A stretch of DNA of 63,725 nucleotides, filler included, from Diploschistes diacapsis (Eukaryota), in the NCBI GenBank assembly GCA_023645945.1. It is 23 parts of 23 records of this genome, joined end to end, with 100 filler letters (N's around TTAATTAATTAA, not from the genome) between each part and the next. Parts side by side here need not be neighbours in the genome. Positions count along the whole stretch, not along the records: positions 19,112 to 38,094 come from JALAIB010000387.1; 22 more parts are not named here. One strand, given 5' to 3'. A program made the translations under genes and the position numbers. The notes under the pieces are model-generated. The model saw nothing but the letters and a program-made list of their open reading frames with translations, searched no databases and was not told the origin of the DNA. This document shows positions 25,401 to 37,430 of this stretch, one piece after another (the first letter of the stretch is position 1; the number at the start of each line of letters is the position of its first letter).

Positions 25401-26543
25401 GGTGCTCAAGCTCGTCTCTCCACTAACGATATAGCGGGAGCCCATCCAGAACGAGAGACCATAGTTGAGATAGAGAACCCAAAACATGCCTCCTATCATG
25501 AAGCCTAGCGTGATCTTCAGCTTGAGTCCATGCCTTTCCGCCTCTTCAAGATGCGTCATGTACTGCCTTGCGAGCTTGTCCTGTGTGCCAAAAGCCACGG
25601 CGTTGCGGATGGAGCTGATGACTTCTTCCGCCACAGTTCCTCCAACGGCATAGGATTGCAGGGACTGCTTGTTGAACTTGACGATGAACCTCGATCCTCC
25701 GCCCATGACCGCAGCGATGGCGAAGATCGTTGACATGAGGATCAAGGTTAGTTTCCAGTACTTTACAAAGCCAATCACAAAAGCTGCGATGAAGGTCGCC
25801 ATAGCAGTAAGCGTGAGCGCAACCTTCTCCGAGATACCCTCCTGTACGAGGTTGGTATCGGCCGTGATGCGTGTCGTAATCTCTCCGGCACCAAGCCTAT
25901 CGTAAAAGCCGATGTTCTGGCGAAGAATGGCGGCTAGGTATTGCTCTCGGATCTTCTGCGTGACGTGTTCGCCTGTATATATAAAGCCAACCGTACAGAT
26001 GTATATGGTAACGAACTCTCCAATGGCGAGGTAGACGAAGAAGAGCGTATAGTAACTGAGATCGTTGGTGAAAGATTCCGTACTGGCGCCGCCATAGAGG
26101 AAACCTTGGAAGGTGCCGGCAAGAGATCCAAAAATTACCGTCATCAGAGGCAACGCGGCGCCGCCGGCTATTGCGCAAATAGCGCTGACGAGCAGGATGA
26201 GCTTGTCGTTGAGGGTAGCGTAGCGGTAGAGAGTTTTGAAGGTCACGGTTACGCTAGGGATGTCAAGCTGCTTCTTGATGATTGCTCGCTCGTGGTCCGG
26301 CAAGTGTGCGTACGCCTCATCACCTTCCTTGGCATCTCGAATCTTGATAATCCGCGAATCTATCTTTTCCGCCGCTGCATGATCCGACTCGGTCGAAGTG
26401 GAGTCGGGAGTGGCTGCGTCGAACTCATTCTTTTCACTAACGCTATTTTCAGCCGCCGAAGCCCTGTCCGCTATTCTCTTCTCCTCTATCTGCTTCTCGA
26501 TATCAATGGCGGCATGAGCCCCTTCCTCCCCTGGGTGCTCCAT
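22473..26543 (-). CDS. mdr1: Full-length ABCB/MDR1-type multidrug transporter (AtrD/Mdr1-like), single 1356-aa ORF
   Basis: TMD-NBD-TMD-NBD layout; Walker A GASGSGKST and GASGCGKST; two LSGGQKQR signatures; LLLDEATSALD; IAHRLSTI and VAHRLSTI. Confidence 0.95.
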   Translation of the reverse strand: MEHPGEEGAHAAIDIEKQIEEKRIADRASAAENSVSEKNEFDAATPDSTSTESDHAAAEKIDSRIIKIRDAKEGDEAYAHLPDHERAIIKKQLDIPSVTVTFKTLYRYATLNDKLILLVSAICAIAGGAALPLMTVIFGSLAGTFQGFLYGGASTESFTNDLSYYTLFFVYLAIGEFVTIYICTVGFIYTGEHVTQKIREQYLAAILRQNIGFYDRLGAGEITTRITADTNLVQEGISEKVALTLTAMATFIAAFVIGFVKYWKLTLILMSTIFAIAAVMGGGSRFIVKFNKQSLQSYAVGGTVAEEVISSIRNAVAFGTQDKLARQYMTHLEEAERHGLKLKITLGFMIGGMFWVLYLNYGLSFWMGSRYIVSGETSLSTVLTILLAVMIGAFSLGNVAPNAQAFTTALAAAAKIFSTIDRVSPLDPKSEKGEKLAHVEGNIELRNIKHIYPSRAEVVVMEDVSINVPAGKTTALVGASGSGKSTIVGLVERFYDPVGGQVLLDGHDIQGLNLRWLRQQISLVSQEPTLFGTTIRANIAHGLIGTKYEHAKEEEQRDLIEKAAKMANAHDFITGLPESYETNVGERGFLLSGGQKQRIAIARAIVSDPKILLLDEATSALDTKSEGVVQAALDVAAQGRTTIVIAHRLSTIKTADNIVVMTRGRVVEQGTHDELLEREGSYYNLVEAQRISAKREEATAVENERHDETEAKLTRAVTEKSLKTMKSFQVDPDDVNIKKNFERTTTTQSISSAALKERGPESERKYGLWTLIKLIVSFNKNEKLLMFIGLFFSIICGGGNPTQAVFFAKSISALALPPAFYGTLQSDASFWSLMFLMLAFVELLAFCSQGTAFAYCSERLVFRVRDRAFRTMLRQDISFFDQEENSAGALTSFLSTESTRMAGLSGTTLGTILTVLTTLIAALAVAVSIGWKLGLVCTATIPVVLACGFFRFWILARFEGRSKKAYEKSASYACEATSAIRTVASLTREDDVWEHYHQMLVAQGRKSTVSIAKSSLLYAMSQSATFLAMALGFWYGGTLIGSREYNLFQFYVCFSAVIFGAQSAGTVFSFAPDMGKAKHAAERLKLLFDRKPTIDTWSTDGEEVDHVEGTIEFRDVHFRYPTRPEQPVLRGLNLTVKPGQYVALVGASGCGKSTTIQLLERFYDPLSGGVFVDGRDIASYNVNNYRGFLSLVSQEPTLYQGTVKENVLLGVTTDDMPDEAIIRACKDANIYDFIMSLPDGFDTVVGSKGSMLSGGQKQRLAIARALLRDPKVLLLDEATSALDSESEKVVQAALDKAAKGRTTIAVAHRLSTIQNADMIYVFDQGRIVENGTHGELLDLRGKYFELVNLQSLGRNA

Positions 26544-27489
26544 TGCGCCAAGTAAGCAGACTCAACGAAGGCAGATCAAACTTAAAGGAGCTGCAATAAA
26601 AAATCGGACTTTCGCAATCCAACAAAATCGTAGCGGAACAGGGTCGTATATAAGGAGGACCACGCGCTGGCAACGGAGGGAATGAACAGAACTCCGAAAT
26701 ACCGAAACCTAGCAACCTAGCCACCAGGCAACGCTGAGTGCGTTACTTCGGGGCAGACCAAGAGCGGCCTGGAAACGAAAAGTGGTGACTCTTAACTGAT
26801 GACTCTTTGAAGTTTCGGGATTTCTCTCCACAAAAAGCCGCAGGTGGTGGTAACTAGCCTACGGGTATGGGGGGGATCAACACACAATGAAAGAAACTTC
26901 CTCACCTCGACTCAAATACGTTTCATTATTAGACCTAGATAACCTAAGCATCATGACGGACTCGGGAAGATTCCAGTGTGCTCCGACTTCTCAAGTCCGA
27001 AAATTAGTGCCTCTCCAGCTGGACTCAGCTCTGCCACTGGGTAACATTGAATTTAATAGCGTGCCTGAAGCAAGAAAGACGGACAAACTTAGCCTCCAGA
27101 CTCCGCAAGCTCGGCTGCTCGGACCAAAAAGAACGCACAAAAACACAGGAGAGCTCAGTAGGGCTCAAGGAACCATGTGCGCCATGTTCTACGATCGGTG
27201 AGAGAGAACTTGTATCCTACCAAAATTAGGTTTCTTTTTCTTTTGTCAGCAGTGAGCGCAAGAAGTATGTTGGAACGAGGTGCAAGTTGCAGTGCTACAG
27301 GTGCTTAAGAGGTATTGTGTGAATCCATGTGTGATGTGATGCATTTGACCATGCTAGGTGTGGGTGTAGTAGTAGTAACTTCCCGGTAGTGGGATGTTGC
27401 TTCGAGCAATTTACCATTGAATCAGAATATCGACTTGAGAATAGATAACCATTCTTATCTTGAGCATCCTCAGGTCTCGACAATAGACC

Positions 27490-29482
27490 CTATTCGCAGT
27501 CCTTCTTGATCTTCCACATGTCCAAGCCTCTATTCCTAATGACCTTGCTCACGGTCCCCCAAACCCCATCCTCCGCAAAGTCCAGGTCATCGAGACCGAC
27601 ATGCCTCCTCTCGCTCCAGAGCAGAGTCCAGCTCATGTCCCGAATATGTTGAAGTTTCCCGTTCGGGTCCGGAGCCTCCCCGCGCCATATGCTAGGTTCG
27701 CTCCTCGCATGCGGTACCACGAGGAGAGCTTCGCCAATCACGCGTCCGCTAGCGGGCAACCGGCCACAAGAGCCCAGCGCCTTCCGAAGCGAAGCCTCTA
27801 CCTTCCCCGCATGCGTGCCCATCAAGTCCGTTGTGTTGAGGATGTCCCGCGGCGTGTTCAGCAGCCAGACGGGCGGACTGTATGTTTTCCACCAAAACAC
27901 TGGCGTGCACCCTGCAAATTCGAACGAATTCTTATTGTTACCAAGCCACATCTGCGCTGGCGCCACGCCTGCCTGGTGGTACCGGCCGTAGAGAAGGCCG
28001 AGGGCTGCATTGAAAAGTATCCATGAAGCAGCAAAGAGGCGGAAACTGCGTGGAGATAGTGTTGGGCTAGGAAGGTTAAGGGAGGATAGAAGGAGCGGTA
28101 TTATCGGTATCAGGAAGCGAGCTTCTTGGTGTGGAATGAGGGATAGTAGCGCTGTTGCTGAAACGGCGGAGACGAAGCGCACATTTGTCTTGATTTGAGG
28201 GACTCGAGCTAGGAGGAGAGGGAGCGCTGGTCCAAGGAGCAGAGGAAAGTTGACCAGGAAGTGTTGATAGCGCGGATGAAGACCGTGCTCTGCGAGAGAA
28301 GACGTTGAGGTATTGTAAACGAGGGAATTGAGCGGCGCGAGCACCGGCTTTTCGAGGAGAGTCTTCAATGTCAGGGGACGGTGATAGAAGGAGGTGTCGT
28401 TGATGATCGCCATAAGTAACGTAGTGGAGGAGGACAGGAGGACCATGAGAAGCGTGAGCGGTCTGGTTTTGCTATCGTCAGCTTTCCGATTCGAAAGGCT
28501 AAGATGTTGATATCCCATACTTGCGTTTGCAGTGAGGTATTAGACCGAAGAGAGGGACTAGGAGGTAGGCTGGAAAGGTGATGCGGTTGAATGTTCCGAT
28601 AATAATGAATGACCCCAGTAGACTCGAAGAGAGCAGAGAAGAATGTTTCTGTCCCGAATCAGTCTCTAGCGCGCCAACTGCGCACCCCATTATCTAGAGT
28701 TGATGGCGGAAAGGCTGACCGGCTTGTCCAATATTCTCTGTATCAACACTAAGCACCACAAGACCAAGATTGTCTCCACGCTGTTGCTGAAAGTGTGTGT
28801 CTGGTATGTCCACGTCACGTACGAACTCGCAACAAGAATGACTGCAATCCGTCGATTTCGTGGATTCGGCACCAGCTCATACACCGCCCAGTCCTCCAGC
28901 ACGAAGCTCGCAATGAACATGAGGATGCGGAGTGTGTAGTAGACAACCCGTGGAGGCACGTCGGAGCTGTGCGTCGTGCCGGTCCAGAGCCAGCGCAGCA
29001 CCTCCATCGCGATTCCGTAAACGGGCCATAGTGGAAAGATGCTGCGTACTGGGTTCGAAGGGGAGAATTCCCACGTGAGATGGTTTGGGAAGGAAAAGAC
29101 TTCACCTGTTCGGTTGATGACCTGTCAGCAGGCGATACAAGCAGCAGACACTTCAAGTGTCGAACAGAGCGCAAAACCGTCGAGCATGTAGAAATCATCT
29201 AGAATAGGTTGTAGATGGCATAGCTGGAGCGGGCTGGATCGTCGCTGCAGCTTACCGCTCTTTTGCTAACCACAAGTTGTCATGGCTGGGAAGCGGGGAT
29301 AAGATGAGGCTGTTCGGCGATTCCAGCTGGCTGGGTAGAATGACTTGCATAGGAGCTAAACTTGAAGACCTACCAGCAATAACTTCAGGTCCCTGGAAGT
29401 TCTCATCCGGATGGATATAGCTAGGTGAAAGCGCGAAGTAGAGTCGAATCGCAACCAACGTCAGATAGATGCGCGTCCACAT
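27490..29482 (-). CDS. SMP3: GPI mannosyltransferase 4 (Smp3/PIG-Z, GT22), 4 exons (29482-29374, 29105-28720, 28648-28521, 28462-27490)
   Basis: [23 protein letters not shown]...[55 protein letters not shown]. Confidence 0.93.
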
Positions 29483-30230
29483 TATTTACTCCGGACCCAG
29501 AAGCATAGCATAGCATATCATAGCGGAGTGGTCGCTAGGTGCACCATCGAGCCTGGCGCATCAACTGATGATGGTGAATCTGCAGCGAATCTGCAGCGAA
29601 TCTTCGAGGACCGCGAAAGCAGAGGACGAACAAAGAAGAGCGGTTGTTGCCTTGCCTTGCCTTTTCCCTGGCGTCTTCCATGCCGAAAGTGCCTTTGGGG
29701 TAAGTTAAGATTTACTATATGTGATTACTCTTTGGTATCTAGCCCCGGTACTGGGGAAATTGCTGGTAACCCCGACTGATCGCGCGGTTTCTGAGGGGGC
29801 CTTTGGATCCGGACCAGGTGTTTGGTGTTTGGTGTTTTCAAACCTTGGCTACATCGCTTCAAGTTGTTCAAAGCTGTAAGACATTCGCAGCGTATACAAC
29901 CGTTCGAACTTTAATGATTGACCATGATGCAGTGGGGTCCTCATGAAAATATTGAGCACGATTGTTTTACTTTTTACTGCGAGCTTATAGAAAGACTTGG
30001 GTAGCGGGTACAACAATGGTCAAGTGATTATGCTTTTTGAACTCTGGCTTTCGTGCAATCGTCTAAAGCTCCAACATGGTAGGCTCACTCAACTAACAGA
30101 CATTATGCCAAGGGTATCCTTTGACCGATTTCCGTTGCGCCAATACCCCCAAAGGCCGATGAAAAGAAATCATTGTGATTCAGAAGAATCCATCCCAAGA
30201 ACAGAAACCACCGTCCCCCTCTTCAGTTGC

Positions 30231-30949
30231 CTAGTGCACAGGTTGCTGCTGTTGAGGGTAGGCCATGGCTTGGTAAGGAGCCGCACCGTGGTCCATGCCC
30301 TCGACCTTCTGGGGAGCGCCATAGTTCATTTCATTGACCTTGCCGGGCTGGTCCATGATCACGTTGTTCCGGGACAGAAGATGCTCGGCTTCCTTGTCCT
30401 GTTGCATGAGATCACAGCAGCTGCAACACCATGCCTAAGACAGTTGTCAACACTAGTGGCTGAGATGGGAGATGGCTCAATTGAGCTTACCTTGAGACAG
30501 TCGATAAAGAAGTTGCCGGTCAGGTTACCACGTTCCTTGATGTCGTTACGCTGGATCAGGTTTGGTATACAGTGTATGCCGCAGTGCGCGGCGACACACC
30601 AAGCACAGCACTGGAACTCTGGTCAGCGTTGCTTGTTTATGTACTTGGGAAGCGATGAACGTACGGCCAAGTTGCAGCACGAATAGCCATTGAGATTGGG
30701 GTCCTTATTGATTCTGTGGTGGGTCTGACCGAAGGTGATGCAGGGGCAGCAGAAGGTCTTGAGGCAGAGATCGCCGGGAGAAAAGCAGTCAAAGAAGCCG
30801 GTCGACCATGGGATCTCGCCGGATTGAGTCATTTTAGCAGGATCTTGGGCGATGGCGTTGAGCTTGCCAACCCAATGGTTTGCGTCGTCTCTGAATTCGT
30901 CCGGAGTCGCGACCTTCAGGGAAGTGTTTGGATTATTTGAGGCTGCCAT
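30231..30949 (-). CDS. PLAC8/DUF614 cysteine-rich protein, 3 exons
   Basis: WSTGFFDCFS..DLCLKTFCCPCITFG; QRNDIKERGNLTGNFFIDCLK; WCCSCCDLMQQDKE. Confidence 0.88.
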
Positions 30950-32389
30950 TTTTTTCTTCGTGCGTGGGGGGGAGTTTGTTATATATATGATTGCAACTGT
31001 TGTCAAACAAGGGTGTCAGCCCGGCGCAATTCAATACACGGCACGCCAGCAGAGGGCACTCTGCCGCATGGATCACAGGCCTAAAGTTGGTAGGGCAAAG
31101 CCTCCTTGGGCACTTACCTTGATCAGCTTGGATGAATGAGTGGCCGTCGTATAAGAATGCAGTAATGACAGGCTGTGGCTTAATTCCTTCCTCGAGAATG
31201 GATCAGGCCGTGGGTCAAAGGCGTGTTGCACATGTAGCAATCGAGAGCAGGACCGCCTCATCTTATACCATCTACATTTTCGAGCTTACAGCAGTCTACA
31301 ATCCAATCTTTTCTTGACTGGAACAAGGCATTTACGCCTACAGTTAAAAGAGTTGCATTCGCTTCCTTCAACACTCACAAGCGGTGCTGGGAATGAGGTA
31401 TTCGGCAGGCATGAACGAGCAGCGATGCAGGCTGGCGGAGAGGCCAGTTGATGAGGGAGACGCCAAAGGCGGCATCGTCCTTGTCAAAGCTTCAACTCGA
31501 TAGGGACAAGTTTAGCGAAAGCCACATTTGGTCCAGGCCACTACTGCAAGCAGATGAGGTTGGTTCCCAAAAGGCCAAGATTCAGTAGTAATCCAACCTT
31601 GAACTCTTCCTCCTCAACTTTAGGGTTCTTTCCAAGTTCGACAGCTGTCTGGATTGTTGAAACTCGGGGGGGTTTCAATGAAGTTAGCTACCTTCCCAAG
31701 CGCACTTGAAACACGTAGAATCTGCATGCAACCCTTGGCTCAGGAAGCGCGAGATGACAAGAAGTATTGGGCCCCAAATCATTTACAATAATAGCGAATG
31801 CACAGCAACGTACCACTGAGTCCCTGGGTAATGCGTTTCCCAAGCCTCAGCCTCAGCCCAGGACTCAGGACTCTGGACTCGTGAAAACCCCTGCGTTGAG
31901 CCGCATCAGTACTTTGCAAAAACCCCTTTTCACCCAGTCACTGTTCTTTTTCCCACAACTTCTTTTCAAATGGGAAGCTTTTTCCTGCATTGTCGTTTCA
32001 TGGAACTTCACGCACCTCTTCATTTCTGTACCTCAGCTTTCATGCAGGGATCTGGAAGTGCTCCGTGCACGTGCACGCACTCAGCTCTCGCTTAACTTAA
32101 AGCCCTATGGCCGTCTTGGCATTGCACTCTTTGCTTTCTGCCTCGTCTCTTGTATGCTGGGTCTTGAGTTCTCTTGACCATTGAATAAGATGCATCTCCT
32201 GTTGTTCGAACGATGGAAAGAAGGTATACTGGTCTCGCTACTCTGCGAAATTCGAGTGCATTATTTTTCTAAAGACATCTCTTTGAACTAGCTACACTGT
32301 ACATGCCAGATTAATGGCTGACTTCCAAAATCCATATCACGACCAAACAACTCAAACGACAGAATTTTGCTCTCTCGTTTCCATGAGCC

Positions 32390-33193
32390 CTAATCCCCCC
32401 CTCCTATGCCTTCAACAATTCCCTCGTTTACCACTCCACCCGTTTGAGGCCTTTCGCCCAGACCCATGTTTTTGGATGATGAAGCCTCGACTTCTGCATT
32501 CCGCTGCTTCTTCTTCTGATAGCGAGCATACCAGCAAGCGAAAAATATATTGAACATTCCGAGCGAAGTGCAGGTGGCGGCGGCAATAACAACCAACAGG
32601 CCAGGGCCGTAGTAAGCCCTGTTGGATATGGGATCGAGGCTGAGGGCGCGTATGATGGTATCAAATGCTACGAGGTCGATGGCCATTACAGCGATTGTGA
32701 GAATCCATGCAACACAGCCGACAAGCGGACCGCCAATCGAACCGACGGTACCGGCGTCGAGAGAAACCAAGCATGCGATGAAAGCCACGGCGCAGGCTAT
32801 CGGGTGGAGGATGAAGGCATTGGTCAGGCCGTTGGTCGAGTCCACAGCCGCGTCGCTGATTCCTTTGAACCCGACGTCAAGGACTTCCGTTGCGGCTGGG
32901 TAGCCGATGGAGCGGCTGGTGCAGTAGTCGCCGCCCTGCTTGGTGTCCAGGACGCAGTACCCGAACGTGCCGAAGTTGATGGACGAGCCATTGTTCAACA
33001 GGTCGAGGCGGAGGAGGGGGAGGGAGGCGATGATCGGGGTGGTGATGGAGCCGACGACAAGACAGACGGCAGCGGCAAGGATGAAGAGGGCGCCGAGCCT
33101 GAAAGAAGAAGGCTAGTGCTGGGCCGCCATTGGCTGTGGTGCGGCCTGGGCTCGGTTCACATACACTTGGATGACACGACTGATGCGAGCCAT
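32390..33193 (-). CDS. PalI/Rim9-SUR7 family tetraspan membrane protein (short form), 2 exons
   Basis: FGTFGYC...DYCT.RSIGY, LTNAFILHPIAC and YYGPG motifs; intron approx. 33164-33099 restores the N-terminal TM LGALFILAAAVCLVVGSITTP. Confidence 0.85.
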
Positions 33194-33877
33194 GGTTGAA
33201 AGTTTTAGGTGCTTTCGCAGCAGTGGGAGGCTTGGAAAGCAGATATGGGGACGACACCTAAATACAGACAAAGTCCTATACAGGTTCAAGCATTGTGTAT
33301 AAACATCGAGCCCCCACAACAGTGATTGTAATACAAAGGTCGCAAAAGGCTGCTGCCTGGCAAAGATTCCCCGCTTCAGGAACCACAAGCAACAACGCAG
33401 CTTTAAATCCTCTTTTACCGCTGGTTGCTAACCGCATGGATTTGCATTGGATGGGGACGTGTCCCACTACTGCAGGGTCCCTGTTGGAGGAAAGGGAGGT
33501 GTTGAGTTACGAATCATCATGCAGAATAGTTTGTCATGGCGTGAAAACTTGGCGTTCTTGTTCCCCCCCACGGCAGAGTGATGATAGCTTCTGCAAAGTA
33601 CTAGTACAAACGCGTCAGCTATGCAGGCTATGATAAACTGTCTGGAGGCCAATGCATGGGATTCGTCCTGTAAGGTGGATCCAGCAACATCTTCACGGGT
33701 GATCCATCAAGTTACTGCCCCACCAGCTTCCTGATCGGCGTCAGTCTTAATTGCTTGGGCGAGGGGAGCACTAGCTTCTAGCTCGAGAAAGGAATTATAT
33801 ACCTGTAGAAATCAGATCCTGCTCTTCATACCCCCTTGGATATTCCATCAGCTCACGTGTGAGCACGAGCGTCGCAT

Positions 33878-34624
33878 TCATGATACAGCCCAACCGTAAG
33901 CAACCCAGATTAGCGAAGATACAACGACCACTGCTTTGAACAGAGGCCGATGTATTTGGCTACGAATCAATCTGGTGAAGCGGCCCTTCACTTGTGATGG
34001 AAAAATGCCTGAGAATGCTCTCCAAATCGTAAATAAACGAACGGCAGAGTCTATCAAACCCATACCGGCCACAACACAAAATTCGGTAGGCTTTTCCTCC
34101 AATATCTCCTCTCTCTCGGCATGCTCAACAAGCTCGTTCAAAAGTGTTATTGTAAAGTCGAGGTCCACACCTTTCTGAGAGAATCCGCCTGCAAAATAGG
34201 CTCCTCTTGGTCTATAAGCGTCCGGGTCCAGCGACTGGTGCTGGCTCCGCATGCTTGCTGGAAACGACTGATAATGTTTCCAGAGCTGAGCCAAAAGGAC
34301 ACGATCACCATCTGTCAAACGTGACGTCTTCGAACCATCCAAGTATTCCTGCGGAGCATATGTATCTCCGCGGATCCTCGACAGCCGCAGTCGAGTTCGA
34401 TTTTCCGGACCAATGTTATCGAAGTTTTTCAAGGAATAGGACTTGCGCGGTTGATGGCGAGAGTGGCTCGAGAAGCAACGCCTTGAACTCGTGTAGGAAT
34501 GGCAACCCTCGAACGGCGACACCAAATCGCATCGCCGCAGCGTTCGGTAGTTACTCTGGGGAAACTGTAATCCAATAGCCCTCAAGGTATAGAAGGAAGC
34601 TCTAGCGACATTGAAAAACGGCAT
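33878..34624 (-). CDS. Hypothetical protein, possibly mitochondrial, with a hydrophobic C-terminus
   Basis: 248-codon ORF from MPFFNVARASFYTLR, with an Arg/Ser-rich N-terminus (RRCFSSHSR) and C-terminal AVVVVSSLIWVAYGW. No family recognised. Confidence 0.4.
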   Translation of the reverse strand: MPFFNVARASFYTLRAIGLQFPQSNYRTLRRCDLVSPFEGCHSYTSSRRCFSSHSRHQPRKSYSLKNFDNIGPENRTRLRLSRIRGDTYAPQEYLDGSKTSRLTDGDRVLLAQLWKHYQSFPASMRSQHQSLDPDAYRPRGAYFAGGFSQKGVDLDFTITLLNELVEHAEREEILEEKPTEFCVVAGMGLIDSAVRLFTIWRAFSGIFPSQVKGRFTRLIRSQIHRPLFKAVVVVSSLIWVAYGWAVS

Positions 34625-36010
34625 CACGATGATACTGGACGTAGAGACATGAACATTGATCAAGAGGAGTTGGAATAGCATAACATAACGGAAGTAGCGT
34701 GCTTTGTTGACCGAAATTGGGGAGCCCTTTGCTGTACGACAACAATGCATCCCTTGCATACCGGTACCTTTTTGTAGCAGCCATCCTAAGCCAATAGTCA
34801 CCTCCAAAGTTCAGAATGAATAGGGGGAAAGTAGACAAAGCCTCTTCCAAGGAGCATCTCTAGAGATCTATTTTATTCGAGTAATATCACATGTGCATCG
34901 ACTGCACAATCAATCGCATCACATGGATACAACCGGAACATGCAGTGAAGATTGACTGTCAGCCCTAAGCCATAACTTGCTTACTTTTTAGCTGTAGCAA
35001 CCTCGACTCGACGACCTCTTCCATTTACTACAACTCGGCATCGAAAGCTCAGCTCAGCTCCTCACTCTGAGCGATGTTTACCCTAGATTCTTGGATTCCT
35101 CCATAGCACAAAGGGTTCAAGATCCCACCATTGTCCAGATGATCTTCTCTTAGTCGGTCCATCGTCAGCATCATCCATCGTGCAAGAACTGATTCATTTC
35201 GCGATGGCTGTGATAGCTGTGATGGCTGTTGCTGAATGAATGACACATCAAGCCTGGCACGGGTTCCAGCAATAGTATAGTAGTCCATGCCGTTTCGGAG
35301 GCCAGGCGAATAGCTCTTCTCAACAGCTCTCTATACTCCAGAGGAAAGGGAATCTTTCGTATCTCGGTCCGATAACCCGTGAAAGAAAAAGTCACGATGT
35401 TGTCTGACTTCGACCACACCACAGCCCTATTGCAGTTACTCTCCCAATTCCCCAGCAATCCCAGAAGGGGTCCCAAGATCTTCGCAAGCTTGAGCATTGG
35501 TGCTGGGGAGCTCTATTAGTAGAGTCAGGCAGGGACCTAACCGGACGTGTAGCTACTTCTTGGGGTTGAGAGTGCACTGAGTTTGAGACTTTTATACATT
35601 CTCCTACATACATACATACAACACGTGCTGTATTCAGCCCAAGTTGCCAAAGAGATGACGATGATACCTACACTCTGCTTTGTTCGATCTCGCATGCATG
35701 CGAAACTAAGGTTGATGATGCCTGAGCTACACATGGCCTCCCTCGCTCTTGCCTGACCTCGAGGGTAGACCTGACTTCGAGGTTAGACTTGCAACGTCTT
35801 GTGATTTGACACGGCTCTGCTTTCCTGCAACACACCAAACCGCCCGAGTTTTGTTATATATATAGTAGTTACCTCGCCTTCGCCTTCACCTTTGCCTCCG
35901 GATTCACTTCACCACCCATCCTCTGGTTTTCTCTTAATCAGAACCTCTATTCCTTCTCTATTGCTCCGTCACAAAAGTATCGCTTAAGCTTTGCCAGATC
36001 TACAAGCCTG

Positions 36011-37430
36011 ATGGCCATCGATTATGATTCACATCCGACAGAGTTGGTCTCTGCTGGTGTAAGTTGTTTCTCGATTAACGTGTGCTCCAGAGATGTCGAC
36101 TAACCCGCTGCAGCATGTCAATCAGAAGGTGGGAATTGATGAATTGAAGGCTGCAATCCCTTCCCGATGCTTCAAGCCTTCTTGGACACGAGCTTTGCTT
36201 GTTCTCTTCCGTGACCTGGCTCTTGCAAGCTGCATGTTCGCCCTAGGACTTTGGTACATTCCTCTGATCGGAAATGCCTTGGTGCGTGAAGTCGCCTGGG
36301 AGACCTGGGGATTTGTTCAAGGCTTGATCTTCACTGGTCTATGGGTAATGCTCGTTTCCTTCTGCCTGCCAACTTCTGCTAATCTATCTCACCAGATCGT
36401 CGGACATGATAACGGACATGGAAGCTTCTTCCCCTCCAAGTTGGCCAACAGCATCTCGGGCTTTCTTCTGCATTCTTCACTCTTGACACCCTACTTCTCA
36501 TGGCGATCGACTCATCGTAGACACCACATCTACGCCAACAATATGAAGCTGGACCACAACTACGTCCCTCCGCGACGTGACGACTACATGCGAGCTTTCT
36601 GGTCCACGGCCAAGGGAGTCGAAGACCTCGCGGAAGATGCACCGATTGTAACATTCCTGCGCCTCCTCCTGCAACAAATCATTGGATTTCCATGGTACCT
36701 GATGGTCAACATCACCGCGGCGCCAACATCTCTGCCTAAGAAGCCCTCTTCGAAGATGCTCGGCAATAGCCACTTCGCTCCATGGGGCTCTCTGTTCCGT
36801 AACGAGGAGGTCGGATGCATCCTTGCGTCAGATATGGGTCTGGCGGCTATGGCCGCTCTCCTCTTCTACGCTGGCCAACAACTGGGCTCTGCAACGGTTG
36901 TTCATCTCTACCTCACGCCGTATCTGTGGACGAATCACTGGATCGTTGCTATCACCTACCTGCACCACACTCACCCAGATCTACCCAAGTACGAGCCCGA
37001 AGCTTGGACTTTCATCAAAGGGGCAACGGCAACCATGGACCGGAGCTGCGGTTTCATTGGACGTTTCTTCTTCCACGACATACTCGACTACCACGTTGTT
37101 CACCACTTGTTCTCGTAAGTCCTTCCTGTCGGTTGTGAAAGCTATCATATCTGTTCCGCTAACCTCGTGTGACCATCTAGGCGCATCCCTTGCTACCACC
37201 TTGAGGAAGCGAGCAAAGCTGTCATCCCGCTCATGGGCGACATGTACCACTCCGTCAAGGATCGCTCGTTCGTTGGGGGATTCTGGGAAAGCTTTACAAA
37301 GTGCCAGTGGGTTGAACCGAATGCTAGCAAGTCCGATCCCAAGGACGGCTCGCTCTGGTACAAGGGTGGTCCTTCGCCTCCGCCGGAGATCAAAATGGCG
37401 CAGCGAGGGTGGGTTTTCCCTCCGTGGTGA
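36011..37430 (+). CDS. Membrane fatty acid desaturase, delta-12/omega-3 (FAD2/FAD3-like), 4 exons (36011-36058, 36114-36344, 36396-37114, 37181-37430)
   Basis: LKAAIP..CF; His boxes HDNGH, HRRHH and HVVHH; PYFSW; WIVAITYLHHTHP; W.F.KGA.AT.DR. Confidence 0.92.

Noticed and set aside
24300..25508. Long antisense ORFs over the ABC transporter
   Set aside because: They are shadow ORFs from codon bias of the real gene.
35049..35734. Short minus-strand ORFs between the hypothetical gene and the desaturase
   Set aside because: No recognisable motifs and no consistent splice model.
22473..37430. ABC transporter plus desaturase as a biosynthetic gene cluster
   Set aside because: There is no PKS, NRPS, terpene synthase or cluster regulator, and the genes are separated by housekeeping loci.
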